A DNA stretch of 64,000 bases from Camelus dromedarius (taxonomy: Eukaryota): NCBI RefSeq assembly GCF_036321535.1, contig NC_087436.1:67892001-67956000 (forward strand). Direction: 5' to 3'. The notes below the pieces were generated by a model. The model saw only the letters and a list, made by a program, of their open reading frames with translations. It was not told where the DNA came from and ran no database searches. Positions 1 to 13,668 of this stretch are shown here, piece after piece (the stretch's first letter is position 1; each line of letters begins with the position of its first letter). The position numbers were made by a program, and so were the translations under genes.

Positions 1-344
1 CTCTTCTGAGGTTAGTTGGGGCAGGGTACTCTACATCTCTATGCACACAATGACCTGAAATTCACGGCTCTCTTAGGATGTAGTCTGAAAATTGGATCAG
101 AGTTGACTCCTTTCAGAGCTTAGTGAGGATTCTTATTATATCATTTTCATTGAGGTTTTATGGCTTAATTAATACTTTGTGAGGAATCAAGTGAAAGAAC
201 ATGTTCTATTCCTCACCCTGAGATTCCTAAGCTCAATGCTTCCTCAACTGTGAGACGGTTGTGCTTGCTCAACTTAAAAAACACATTCTAGTTTTAACTA
301 AGTTTGTAAAAGGCTGAGTAAGACATAGTTAAACAGACTTTACT

Positions 345-800
345 TATTTAAAGCCAGGTTTACTAAGATACAATGTACATAAAGTAAAATTCACCCTGCA
401 AGTACAAAGTTCAATGGGCTTTGGCAAAAAATACACTGTCTTGTAACTAGCCCATAATAAAGATATAGAACATTTTAATCATCCTACAAAGTTCCCTCCC
501 CCACCCTTTGCCATCAATCCCATCCCTGAGCCCACAGCCTCTGGCAATTTTGATCTGATTTCTATCCCTTTTTTTAGTTTTGCCCTTTTCAGAATGTCTG
601 ATAAGTGGAAACACAACATATGCTTTCTTTTGTATGTAAACTGTTTAACATTAATAATTTTGAGGTTCATACACATCACTGCATTCATTAGCAGTTTGTA
701 CTTTTTATTTCTAAGAAATATCCACTATATGGGTGTACACACACAATTGATTTATTCAGCAGATGGGTACATTTGGGTTTGTAAATGCTAAACCATTTCC
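345..800 (-). mobile_element. Old L1 (L1MB/L1MC-like) 3' end fragment
   Basis: Antisense L1 3'UTR motifs such as 'aagtaaaattcaccct...aaagatatagaacattt...ttttgccctttcagaatgtc...gatgggtacatttgggtt'; recalled consensus, boundaries approximate. Confidence 0.75.
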
Positions 801-1069
801 CAGTGACTTTTGCATCTCTATCAGGACCCTACTCTAGAACTTCTGACTTAGAAATTCTTAGGATAGATACTATAAATCAACATTCAAAAATAAAAAAACA
901 ATTTGATTCTTATCCACATAAAAGTACCATGTACCAGGATTCCTATCTCCATGGATAAATTTATTCCTAACTATAAATATCATTGTTATTATCAAGAAAT
1001 ATTTGTTGAATTATTAAGTTTACCAATTACCTACACAAACACTATTGCTGTACAGCCAAAATACACCAG

Positions 1070-1551
1070 GCAATAATTTTCCATTGCCACTGTAAAAATT
1101 TAACACAAACTTGACGGCTTAACACAAAATTTTCCATGGGAGTTCCTAGATGAGAGGCCCAAAACAGGTCCTACCTGGCTGAAATCAAGAAGTCAGAAGG
1201 GTTAGAAGGTGATCTAGGAGAGAATTTATTTTCTTACCTTTTCCAGCTTCTAGAAGCTGCCCACATTCCTTAGCTCACAGTTCTGTCCCAGCTTCACTGT
1301 CAGCAGCCTAGCATCTCTCTGACCATTCCTCCATTACTGTGCTCGCTTTGGGCTCCAGCTGGGAAAGGTTCTCCACTTTTAAAAGCTCATGTGATTGGAT
1401 GGGGCCCACCTGGCTAATCCAGGGTACTCGCCCCCTCTCAAGGGCCTTAATTGAATCCATCTGCAAAATCCTTTTGGCTGTGTAAAATAACATTCACAGC
1501 TTTCAAGGATCATCAAGGACATCTTTGGAGGCAATTATTCTGCCTACTACA
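1070..1551 (-). mobile_element. MaLR solo LTR (MLT1D-like)
   Basis: 'ccttttccagcttctagaagctgcccacattccttagctc', 'gtgattggatggggcccacctggctaatccagg' and terminus 'attctgcctactaca'. Confidence 0.85.
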
Positions 1552-1853
1552 AACCCTGATTTTTTATGAAATTCTTAGAAAACACTGACAGTTTTTCTTT
1601 CTTATTGAAAGTCTGGACTTTGGTTCCACTTCACTGATTTAATTTGAATTTGGAATTAATTACCTAATCTCTTGGAACTTCTATTTTTCTATCTACAATA
1701 AGAGGCACAAAAATAGGTTTTTATAATCTCAACAAAATGGACGTTCATTAAATACAGAATAATCCCAGGAACTCTGTTCATAGCATTTGGGTTTGTTAGG
1801 TGACTGTTTGCGAATGTTAGGAATAACAATGTTTGCATGATTATTGTCACTAG

Positions 1854-1855
<2 letters not shown>

Positions 1856-1884
<29 letters not shown>
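1856..1884. repeat. Poly(T) homopolymer, 29 nt
   Basis: Seen directly. Confidence 0.95.
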
Positions 1885-1974
1885 GTAGACCACTGTTAGT
1901 AAGGAGAGAACACAGTCTACTGAGCAGGCTTGGAAACATGCAGTGAAGAGATAGCAAGCCTGCATCTGGTCCCA

Positions 1975-2079
1975 TTAGTTAAATGCAATAGTTGGGACAA
2001 ATACAAAGTTTTCAGTGGTTTATCTGAAATTCAAGTTTTACTGGCTGCTTGTATCATTATTTGCTAAATCTGGAACCTA
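1975..2079. mobile_element. hAT MITE fragment (MER53-like)
   Basis: 'tttatctgaaattcaagttttactggctgcttgtatcattatttgctaaatctggaaccta' resembles the MER53 terminus. Confidence 0.6.
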
Positions 2080-2727
2080 ATGAGGGAGGAAGAGCTGAGC
2101 AAGAGCTTCCATTGTATTGTGATGTTTTAGTTCCTAAGCTGGGTGATGGGTAAATGGGTATTTGTTGCCTTGTTTATGCCATTTTCAAAGTTTTAAATAT
2201 TTCATGCAATGTTAAAATATTAATAGGCAAAAATGAACCATTCACCAGAAGAAAATCTCCAGTTATAAGATAAAACTAAGAGCCAAGGCCAACAATAAAG
2301 AATCAGGAAGGATGATGAAAGGTAAAGAAAAAACTAAAGCATATAATATTTTTAGTTATGAAAAGAAAGGGCAATAAAGTGATATCATGCTCTACTTTTG
2401 TTATTAATGTCTTTAATTTAGATGGCATTTTTTTTTTCCAAATCATTGACCTGAGATGAAATGTCTAATTATAGGATTCAACCTAGAAACAAAAACTTCA
2501 ATCTTAGGTGTTTTCCAAGACTGTAATAATTTCAGTTATAGTTCATCAATGAAAATATATTCAGCAACAGGTGAGATTTGTAATAAATGGAATGTTTAAA
2601 TCTGTAAAACAATATGCAAAGAGTTGGCCATCACTTAATTATTTAATGCCTAGAGCAGAAGAAAAAAATAAATAGATGAAACAGAATAATGAAATACACA
2701 TTTACTTCTCTAGTCAAAATCAGAAAA

Positions 2728-2908
2728 CAGCGGCTCTCCATCATGGCTAGGGATCACACTAAAACCACCCGGAGAGTTTTAAAAGATAAATGCCTGGGAC
2801 TCACTGAAAGCAAGTCTAATTTAATTGATCTGCAGGAGGAAGCAATTATTGGCAATTTGTAAAGCTCCCCAGGTGAGTCTAATATATGGTCAGGGTTGAG
2901 AACCATTG
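2728..2908. mobile_element. hAT-Charlie MITE (MER5-family)
   Basis: Ends 'cagcggctctc' and 'gagaaccattg'; internal 'aagctccccaggtgagtctaat'. Confidence 0.8.
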
Positions 2909-4881
2909 CCCTCAAACGTGAAAAGCCCATACCTGTGTGGGAGAGAATGTAAAGCATAAATGCTTGCCCTGTGGGTGTACAAGCTGGCTCCTTAGAAAAC
3001 AAATTCAAATATCAACTGACTCCACTGACTTAATACCCAGGGTTTGGAAAAGTGACAGGAAAACAGGTATTCAGAAGCACTATATCTTGCACATAGTCAG
3101 TGCTGAATGAACAAATCTTCACTGAAATAGTTTAAGTACGTAAATATCCTAAAAGGATAGAGATACTTGCAGCTTACATAGTGAGCCTTCAGGATGATCA
3201 GTAAAATATTAAGAAAATGAGAAAAGGTCTAATTTCAAAATGTGGAAAATGAAATCTTACTTATTTTTATCTTAGAATGAAAATACTTTCCTGTCTCCCC
3301 GCACCCCTCTGCCATTACCACAATGAGATGAGTTTAAGACAGTCAGTTTTTATTTCTACTTGAGTAACATGAGCTTTGGTTTATGGCCTTTTGTCCCCTC
3401 GCCTCATAATTAAATGACTGAATCCCATCCACAGCATTGCCTCCAGAACACGACTGGAGAAAGATTAGCCATTAAAGGGAGAGGGACTGCTATTACGGCT
3501 TTTGCGGCTGATAACCACCCAGTCTCTTAGGAATCCTATTATAGTTGAGCATTTGTGTTATCGGTATTACAACTCAATTCACATATATCAAGCTGTAAAC
3601 TCCATTTACAGTCAATCCATATTTCTAGGTCTTCTCTAATAACTTACTTATTTGCGTGTTTCTCTTTGGAGGAAGTTATGCACTTCAAAATATCTTCATC
3701 TGTTGCCAGTGACTATGGAGCCGCCTTCTGTGGTACAATAAAGCCTCTTATCCCTCTTAACTAAAATCCAAACACCTGCTGTTTTACCTGCGGTTTTAGT
3801 TGGAGCTTTATAAAACCTCATCATGATGATTCGTGTGATTTCAGATCTACTTCCTGTTCAAAAGAGCAGTAATTACACGAGCAATTGTTTTCCCTGGTAA
3901 AGAGGTCTGATCAAGATCAATTCTATAAATCAGAGTAAACAGAAACCATGAACAAATCAATTTCATCTCTATTTCCTTTTTTTAGTCAAAAATAATTATG
4001 TCAGTAATATGCGTTAATGTCTTTAAATTCAACTCCTTAGAAACAAAGAACTAGCCCAAGTTAAGCAGTGACCACATATTTCCTTCACCTACAGTGCTCA
4101 ATAGCCATCAAATACATCTTTGACAGAACAGCTTGCAGTGTTTGGTGAGCCTTCGTTTTCTTCCTATTTGTTTGTCTAAGTGAAGGATTATTTTTTTCCT
4201 TTTTCTATGTTTAAATTCATTCCACTGACAACAGACATCGCAAACTCCTCAGTGATTTCTCTGTGCCAAATGAATTTCTGTCAAAAGGCTCGGATGAAAT
4301 CTGTCTACTCCTGGTGACCAAATTGATCCAGCTGCATCACAAGATGAAAGAGATCATTCATCTGAGTTTGGCTGTGGCAAAGCCGGCTCCCTCCTACATA
4401 CCCAAAGTTGCTGAAAAAGGAGCAAATAACTATCTTACAACCAGAGCTGAGGACAGTTGACTGTTTTCATTACCTATGGACTTCAATGGCTTTGGGACAT
4501 AATTAATCAGGCTGAAATCACTTCATTATTTTAATGAGGTTTTTCTCTTTCCTCTAACTATGATAAAAAGTACAGAGAAGAGAAATCTTTCTCATTATTT
4601 CTGAAACTAAGGGACACTGAAGGAAGTGGAATAAGAACACACAGAAAACTTACAAAAGAGAGGCAGCTGCACCCATGGCCACTGATCTCCTTTTGCAACA
4701 AAGACATGGATACGTGATGAGAAGGCAGCTTTGTGGACACGTTAAGCTCAAAGACAACATGACTGTGGGGGCCTTGGTGTGTGAAGCAAAGTAATTTCTT
4801 CCCAAACTCTTCAGAAGTCTGTGCTTCCTGAATATTTGAGAGCATATTTTTTAAAAGAGAGGGAAATGAGGAATATATGGA

Positions 4882-5000
4882 TTTATACTAATAATAGTAT
4901 AATTTATTTATACTAATAATTATACTAATAAATTTATACTAATTTTATTATATAATTAATTATATAATTATATAATTAACCATTTATACTAATAAATAAA
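4882..5000. repeat. AT-rich degenerate tandem repeat (unit about TTTATACTAATAA / TTATATAA)
   Basis: Several copies of 'tatactaat' seen directly. Confidence 0.85.
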
Positions 5001-5247
5001 TGACCTTCCTGCTCTTCAAATCAGGACTTCACTGTTCTCTAATAAAGGTGTAGGCTCATTGTTAGGTTTAGAAAGTAGAACAACATAGACATTCTTTGAA
5101 CATGTGAGCATTTATACATATTATATATTGAAATGTTGAAATATGTTTCATTTTATGAGAAAGAACTTCATTGAGATTAATTCTGAATGGCCAATAAGCT
5201 GAGGTTCAGAAGACTAGTCAGCATTTAAGATTTTGTTTTCCTGAAAA

Positions 5248-5412
5248 CAGTGCTTCTCAAACTTTTGTGTACATCAGAATCACCCAGAACACTGGATCCA
5301 CCCACACAGGTTCTGATTCAGAAGGTCTGGGGTGGGGCCTGAGACTGCATTTATAACAAGTTTCCAGTTGTTGTTAAAGCTGCCAGTTCAGGGACCACAT
5401 TTTCAGAACTAG
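5248..5412. mobile_element. MER5A hAT-Charlie MITE
   Basis: 'cagtgcttctcaaactt...catcagaatcacc...tctgattcagaaggtctggggtggggcctgagactgcattt...gggaccacatttt'. Confidence 0.85.
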
Positions 5413-6469
5413 CCCCCAAATCACATCTGTGTGTTGCTGTGCAGAAGAAGGAGCCAAGGTATGTTTTTGCATCCTAAGGCCTTAGACATTCTTCACTATC
5501 AAGAGATGCTTCAAAGAAAAAGGACTTTTAGTAAGTCTGAAATGTTAGACTGATATGCAACTGTCTTGTTCTCCATTATCCAAAACTAATTGTTGGCATT
5601 AAACAGGTGAATAAAGCCATCATACTGGATATCTTTCAAGGACTTCTTGTTTTGCAATCACTCCTACCATACTTAGTAAGTCAGAGAAAAACGTGCTCTG
5701 TAATTCATTCACCATGGCACTTTTGTATTACTAGAAGATAAGGTTTCATATGAATCAAAAGCTTTAGATCTTGACAAAATCTCAGATTTTTGTGTCAGGT
5801 AGCTTAAACCCAGGAAAAAAGACAATATATTGTGCAGTCCATTCAACTCAATTCCTCCTTTACAATGATAGACACTAGGACCTGGAGTAGAAGTGCATTC
5901 TCAAGGTCACAGCTACATAGTTCAAGTCAAAGGCAAAATTAGAACCAAAATCTCATCCAGTGCTCTATTTTACTCACACATTCACACACTTACTTATTCA
6001 TAGATTCCCTCATTCACTAAACAATGGTATTATACATATGAAATATGTTATCAGAAACTTTCAGGTACTAACTGTGCAAAAGAAAGGAAGAGCGGAACTA
6101 ATATCTTCTTAGAAGCCACTCTGTGCCCACAAGCACTGTGCCGAGGGAGGGTACCTATTGTGGTTTCCCATTCAATCTTCATGGCTACTTTGAGAAGTAT
6201 TACCACCCCATCTTCACTAGTGAAAAACTTTTAGTAGTTGAATGGATTTTGACCTCAAACTTAGTGATCTTAGTATCATAAGACATGGTCCCTGTTCAAG
6301 AGAAAATCAAAACCTAAACAGACTTGAATGCAAATAATTTCAATGAAATGTCATAAGAACGATAAAAAAGATAGAAATGAAGGAAGAAACAGTGAACACT
6401 GCCTATGAAAGAATGTTAGCAAAGCTGACATTGGCGGGTCATGTATTATATACTAGGAAATGAACTTAT

Positions 6470-6640
6470 ACCAATCTGATATGATCCTTTCAACAACACT
6501 GTGCATAAGATATCATTACCCCTCATTTCACAAGTGAAAAAATAAAAGGAAAATAGAAAGGAATGTGCCCAAGGTAGCCAAGCAGATTCGTGTTTTAGGG
6601 AAGATGTGTCCAACTTCAAAGCCACAGCTCTATTTTAAAT
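6470..6640 (-). mobile_element. MIR SINE fragment
   Basis: 'ctttcaacaacactgtg...atcattacccctcatttcacaagtgaaaaaa...tgcccaaggt' MIR core. Confidence 0.65.
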
Positions 6641-8264
6641 CGTGTGTGCTACACCAGCATCTACTTTTCACTTCTCTATCTTGAAATGCACAAACCCCCT
6701 GGTATGTGGATTGCTCTGCTTTTTACCTACATTTTGTCAATAAACTTCCACTCTTTTCTAGCAGTGAATCCTGTCTCCAAAAAGTTGCTCAGAGCACACT
6801 GGTAGTGCAAACTCAAGAGTGTCTGCACCATAGTACAAAAGGTTTTACTGGCAAATTTTCACCCCTCCCAGATGCTTCAGTCCATGATGTCTCAGGATGT
6901 TTTCTTTCCTTTTGACACTCTAATCATTATGAACTTCACTCTTAAATGGAGCAGAATAGGCAGAGAGATAGAACGAACACTCTCTCCTTGGAGAACCACA
7001 AACAAAATAGCATTCCAAGAGCATTATTTTCATAGAGAAATGTATTCACTCAGAAGATGAATAGAGTTGATAAGCTTGGCGTCTCTAAAGACTTTCCCAA
7101 ACTTGCACTTTCAAAAAATTAATAATACAAAGAGAGTGCTTTAGGAAACGAGTGGTACAGTAACTACATTCTGTTTTATTAAAGAAAGATAGGCATCCCT
7201 CCCAGGGTAACAAGGGTTTTCACAGCTATCAGCCCTCCAGACTGATTAGATACAGCTAAACCCATCATGGCCAGGCAGGGTCTGTTGATTCCTGGGTGGA
7301 TCATGGGACTCGAGGGGGCAAACAGCCCTGTGCACGGGGAGAGCATTATCTTGGGCAGCTGAATGATGCCGCCTGACTGCTGCCTGCTTCTGTGTCACTC
7401 TGCTTTTCTGACAATGCCATGAGGCACTCTGAGCTTTAATAACCTCCAGAGACTAATAATGCAAGTGCTAATCGTTAGCATCTCCCAGTATTCTTGTAGT
7501 CCTCATCTCTTCCAGATTCTCTGGCTGCTGTTTGTGTAATTGAAGAGAACGACACAGCCAAAGGGAGGCAATTTATCTTGTAAGCCTCCCTGTAGCAGAG
7601 CGACCTAGCTAGGTTGCATAACAAAAATCTGAGCAGAGAAATTAATTGATCATCAGGGAACCTGTGGGTGTGGTCTCTCCTCTTAAAATAGATTTGAATT
7701 GAAAGACAGGAAAAAAAGTAGTTTTAAGGTGAATTAAAAATATTTAGGATTTAAAGCAGTCTTGAAGAGGCATCTCCCCACTGGAAGAAGCAACCTCAGC
7801 AGAGAGACATGCAGGCAGACTTGTATTTATCATTCAAAGCCAATGAATACCAGGGAATGACATCTTGTGCTCACTGGCTTTAAATCACCAAGTTAAGAAG
7901 GTACTGAAAGATTATTAGTCTAACATAACCAGTTAGATGCAGAGATACATATCATAAAATATGACACAAGTGTCCTGACACCCTCTCAATATTGATTCTG
8001 TTATTATTACGTGGCCTATCTTATAAATGTCACAATAAAGTGATATTCATAAGATCATCCTGTAGAGAACAAGTCACCAAACTGCTGGACTAAAGGACAC
8101 CTATCAATTACATACCAAACACTTTTTGAGAAAACTCTCTTGGTATATAGAGGTAAAGACTAGTGATCCAGAGATATTTCTGGTTTTCCAATTGATCTGA
8201 TAGCTCAGGAGGCACTAGTAGATAAATAAAAACAGCAAGGAAAGAGTGGAAGTGACATCTACTT

Positions 8265-8360
8265 AGTGACCAGCAGTTGCAACCTCACCTGGAAATTTGT
8301 GAGAAATGCTAAACCTTGGGCCCAGCCCCAGACCTACTGAATCAGAATCTGCATTCTCAC
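8265..8360. mobile_element. MER5A fragment
   Basis: 'accagcag...cacctggaaatttgtgagaaatgc...ccccagacctactgaatcagaatctgcatt'. Confidence 0.75.
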
Positions 8361-8555
8361 CTGACCGTACAAATTATCTAGTTAGTATGCTAATATTCTT
8401 CTGTTGCATAGCCTTCTAAAAACTCTCTTTCATTTTTGTGGCTGCACGAAATATTTGGCTGCACCAAAATATTTTAATACTTCAAGGAAACCCACTCAAA
8501 GAAAAAAAGAAAGACAGTATACAAGTGGAAATTAAGAATTACTAATTCTGGTCTG

Positions 8556-8905
8556 ATTTGCCAGCAACATGGATGGATTTGGAGGGCATTATGCTCAGTG
8601 AAATAACTGAGACAGAGAAATACAAATACTATGTATCTCTTAGTTGTGGAATCCTAAAAAATACAACCAACTAGTGAATATAACAAAAAAGAAGCAGACT
8701 CACAGATACAGATATCTGCCGGCGGGGACAAGGAAGGGGGAGGGGCAATATGGGGTAGAGGAGTCAGAGGTAAAAACTATTAGGTATAAAATTAGCTACA
8801 AGGATCTATTGTACACCATGGGGAATATAGCCAATATTTTGTAATAACTGTAAATGGAAATTAACCTTTAAAAATTTTCTAACAATGTAAAAAATTAGGA
8901 AAAAA
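8556..8905 (+). mobile_element. 5'-truncated L1 3' end (cetartiodactyl-type)
   Basis: ORF2 C-terminal motif 'gcaacatggatggatttggagggcattatgctcagtgaaataa' plus 3'UTR and A-rich tail; decayed TSD 'gaattact..ttctg' on both sides. Confidence 0.85.
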
Positions 8906-10439
8906 GGAATTACTGGGTTCTGAAATATTATAGTAGGACATTAGAAAATCCCTTTATGCATTTTAAGGGCTTACCCTCAAGTTTTCTGTTTCTTTTATTT
9001 TTTAAAAATATCTTACCCAGGTTTCTTTTTATCTTTCATCTTAGCCCTCTGCACCTGTACTCATTTCTGGCATCATCTCAACTTCTCCAATGGCGGGCAC
9101 ATGATACCCGTCTATGGTACAACTGCTTCACAGTTATAAGATTCCATTGGTGGAGTTCCTCTTCACCACAAATCACTTATCATCTCAGCCTCACTTAGCA
9201 AACTGTCCCTTCATTTGTTATTACTTCAAACCACCTTCCTTACTGGTACTTCCTTTCTCATTGTTTTATTATGTCTGCTGATGAAGAAAGGAGGTCCCCT
9301 GGGATGAGGCTACATCAGTGTGATTAAGGTACTCAACGCTGGACTGATTAAATGTAGAGGAAGCTAAACAAAACTGGGCTCTTAGGATGGGTCTCTGAAA
9401 GCAAGTATGTTACGGAGGCCATAAAAGTACTAAATATATTATTTCCATCTTCAATATACCTTACTCAAAAAACGACTGGAAACAGTAGGAAATCTCAAAG
9501 GCTATTTTCCACTAATTGGCATTAACATCTTTATGCACATACAAGCTTAAAAATATCAAATAAAAGCCCGAAGCTAAAGCACTGAAGAATTCTTAAACTG
9601 CCCTTTACGAGAGTTGTTTCCTCTTGAATTGCCAAAGAAAATAATAATATGAAAAATTTAATAATCCAGAAAAAACATAATTATATACCAAGTCCCACCA
9701 ATCCATATTTCGGTGGGCTATTTGGGTAAAGTAAAGTAAGACAGACTCAGTTCTAAAGAATATAAGTGAAACACAGGGAAATGGGAACAAGATGGGAAAA
9801 GAAGTAGAATTACAGGGATGTGATCTAAAAGATGAGAGCTATTCTGGTGGAACCAGTTTACTGGTCCCAGATAAAAACAAAATCTACTAGCAAAATTCAC
9901 AAGAAGGCCAAAATTCATGGATTTTTGCCTGTGTTTTTATTTCTAATTTTAGTATGCATTTTTCTGTATTACTGGGACTTACTATACTGTAGAACGTTCA
10001 AGTAAAGATATGAAGTGAGCAAATGCATTCTGTGCTTTTTTATTCCTCACAGGCTTTAGAAATTGCAGATGAATGGCTGCAAATGCCACTTAAACAATTT
10101 GATGATGAGTTTTGGCTGTGAATACACTGGGCTCTCTATTTGCAGTTGTAACACTAAGTTTTAAGCATAAGATTAATTTAGAACACTGTCCTTTAAGAGA
10201 GATTTGGAAACACAACCCAGGAATCTCTGAATCATACCAAATTAGCTGTTTCTTTGGATTTTAGCTAATTTCAAAAATTTATTCAAGTCATTTGACAGGA
10301 AAAAAAAGATTCTTAGATTTTGAAAAAGTCAAAGTCAAGTCAGAGTTCTCTGGCCTTCTCAAGTCTACTATTTCCCTCTACTTTAACTTTTAATGAGCAA
10401 GACCACTTCCAGACTACTTCATCTGTATAAAATAATCCA

Positions 10440-11330
10440 AGCCCAAGATTAAATCTCCCTCTTGATCACAACCTTCTTTTTTCTCACATACTCCTATTTT
10501 GACCCCTCCTTCTAGCTTCATCAGGACCTCTAGCTCCTTGGCCTCTCTGTTTACCCCCAGTTAGGAGTTTCACTGGCTCCCCATGTACCCTGGAGCCCCT
10601 GTCAATCATTGACTCATCCCTGAATTCCTCCCAAGGATCCTCCTAGTGCCAATCCTCAACCATAAATAAGTCCAGCATCTTGACTGATTAAAGCAGTGAG
10701 GTCACCCGTCAGCACCTAGAACTTGGGGAATATCAATAATTGCTGCTTTTCTTTACCTTCCTTACCTACTCACCTACTCCAACTCCAGACCCAAACAGGA
10801 TAACTAAGAGACTCAGAAAACGGGTCAGATGAAATGCGTACACTCCATGTTTGTCTATCCTCAGCCACAACCTCAGAATTCTTAGAAATTATGCATTTTC
10901 CTCACCTTGACTTCTCTCGTGTCTGACGGAAGCTCTCCCCCTTTCGTTCATTCTTTAAACTTTCTACACTCTTTTCCCCTGCAGTTTTGTTCTTCAGTTT
11001 ACCCTCTTCTTTTCGGGGGGGGGGGGGGGGTATCTTTTTTCACATGAATTCCTTTGACTTTCTCTACATTCTTCCTCTAAATACTCCTCTGCCTTCAGGA
11101 ACCTTCCATTTCCCTCATCAGCAAAACTAATTTTTATGCATGTTTAAGTCCCATTGATTACCTCCTGACTCTCTGGGCCCCTCGTCTTCCCATTGTTCCC
11201 ATTCTTATACCTTCAGCTGTTCCTTTGCCCTGGCCTTTGCTCTCTCCTGCCCTGAAAAGATTATACAGTTATCCTCTGGCCACCTCTAAACAGCACAGAT
11301 TCATTCTGTATCCGTATCTCACACTCATTT
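10440..11330 (+). mobile_element. Degraded L2 LINE fragments
   Basis: Pyrimidine-rich stretch with L2-like motifs ('ccctcttgatcacaaccttc'); heavily diverged. Confidence 0.45.
11015..11030 (+). repeat. Poly(G) homopolymer, 16 nt
   Basis: Seen directly. Confidence 0.95.
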
Positions 11331-13668
11331 CTCTTAGAAGAGTCACATACACCTGCCTGTGTATGTGTACTTTTCATACATGCCACTGTCTCAAAGGAAC
11401 TTCTGGGCTTTTTAAATTTAAGCTAAACATCTGAATTCCTTGAACTTAGATTTTATTCATTGACAATGAAAGAACTGATGGGACTCACCATAACTTGGAC
11501 AAATCTCTGAAATAATTCAGGTTACTTACTAGCAAAGATTAACAATAGTGTCCAGCGATTCTGAGAGGAAAGTAAAGCTAAAAGGGCTGAACAAAGAGGA
11601 AAAAGAGAAATCCAGGGACTGCAGGTCAAGATAAGCATCTAAATAATAGTTCCTCAATTTCTTAGTGCCTAATTTGTAAGAGGATTAACTGAAAAGTAAG
11701 AAATCTCCTTTTAGGAAATTTCCTTGTTATACTTTTGACCAGAGAAGTTCAAGCTAAATGCAAACTTAATATATAATTATATTTTATACATAAAATTCTG
11801 TAAGTTTTTACATTGATGTCTGAAAATAAAAATATTTAGATAGCCACTGGCTCATTATCAACAATAGTAGACATGAAATCAACAGGATAAAATGTTCTAT
11901 TTTTCTATTTGAATATTGTCTTTTAACAAAGCAAATTAACTAAATGATGACTGAAATAAAACTAGGCTTTTCCATGCCCAAACCAGTTTTTGTCATCACA
12001 TTAAGAAGATTCTTCTAGCTTTATGTTGCTCATTAATGAAAGAAATATTAGAAAATCAAAAACAGAAATTTAAACATAAAATAATAAGCAATCTGGGAAA
12101 AGGCCTTTCTTTGTTTAGACTTTCCATTCTGACCAATGACCATGTACATTAGGGAGCTTCCACACTGTGTGGTAACAGTTTACTCTGACACCATACAAAA
12201 CAACCAAATCCCTATTTGGCTTCTGCAAAAACATGGATAGAGAGCATATCCATCAGCCTTCTGTTCTTGGAGTGATATGTACAGTGCCCTCACACACATT
12301 TTTTTTTCCCATATCATTTAGCACCATCCAAATCAGTGAACTTCTTCATTTTTTGCTATGTGTAATAATTCTAATTTCAGGTATATACCACATTGTGGGT
12401 GTTCAGGTATTTATTCTTTGTTCCAAGGATGACCCCAGAATTAGCTCTTACACAATCTTCAAATATGAAAATGTCATGAAAATAAGGTAAGGACCCATGT
12501 TTCTTCTCACACTATCTTTTCTTTTCTATCTGTCATCCTTCAGGAAATGGCTAAACATGTTACCTCCAAACCCCTCTTTTGGACTGTACAGATAGCACTG
12601 TGAACTATTATAAGCACCAGGTAATCTTTGAGGCAAATGTGTAAATCTTTTATTTTTAAAAATAAACCTGTTAGTTTTAAATGAGAATGCTGTGAAGAGT
12701 GAACCCAGCTGAAATGACTTTTCCTGTCCTACCCTAGGCACCCATGCCCCGCACATGGATGAAAGGAGGTATGGACCTTAAGACTGGTCAGAAGGAATAT
12801 TCTTGTTTGAAGAAAATATAGAAAGGCTCATGTTATTGCCAGCATACCACATGGAAAAATAAAGTATGTTTTCTGCATTTTAGGGGGCTTCTGAGCTGAT
12901 GAGCTGCTTAAAGCAGCAATACTTGCTGCACATATGTTAAAAAAGCTGCCAGATGATGGCTGTTCCAAGAATAATGCAGGACGCCCCTATGGTGTGTAGG
13001 AGAAGGGTAGGGGAGAGAGAGGGACTGATGCAGAACTGACAGTCCTGATAGGAGCAGATGGCAGTGAATACTTACAAAGCTTTCTAATACACACCACTCC
13101 TTCCAAGCTATTGTATGGGGACTTCCTGTATGCCAGAGTTTTTAAAGCTAATTGCCTTTGTATCTGCTTCCATAACTGTGTTTGTCCAAGGGGAAGCTGG
13201 GGTTGAGGGGACAGAAGAGACTACAGTGTGGACTTTCTAGCTCTCTACTACTTACTCAACTGTCTATTAATTATATAATTTCATAGTTCATAGATTTCAG
13301 AAAGTACAGCCAGGAATAGATCAGATGTCCTTTGGGGTTAGAAAGTGGAAAAGAAAGAAGAAAGAAGGAAGGGCAAGAGTTGGAAAAGGCTAGGTTTAAC
13401 TTCGTGAGAAGTCAGGAGATCAAGGTCAGGGTTGAACACAATTACTTGAATAAAAAAGCATCAGAGTGTATCCAAAGAAAAGCAAGGGGAGATTGGGGGT
13501 TCCTGCTGAACCTGTGTAAGAACTCCTGAAGAGATGTGCTTCCTATATATCTTTGGTGGGAGAGATTTTGTTTCTGAGTGTCAGCTTTAAAGCACTTGCT
13601 GTTCATCATTTTTACTTACTGAGCACCTACTGTGTGCTCCTGAGAGCTATAAAGGGTGGACAAGACAG

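Noticed and set aside
1856..1884. T29 as the tail of a processed pseudogene or SINE
   Set aside because: No element body or TSD identified beside it
8438..8475. Short tandem duplication 'tggctgcac.aaatatt' x2 (similar cases near 19476 and 26592)
   Set aside because: Ordinary slippage duplications with no further structure
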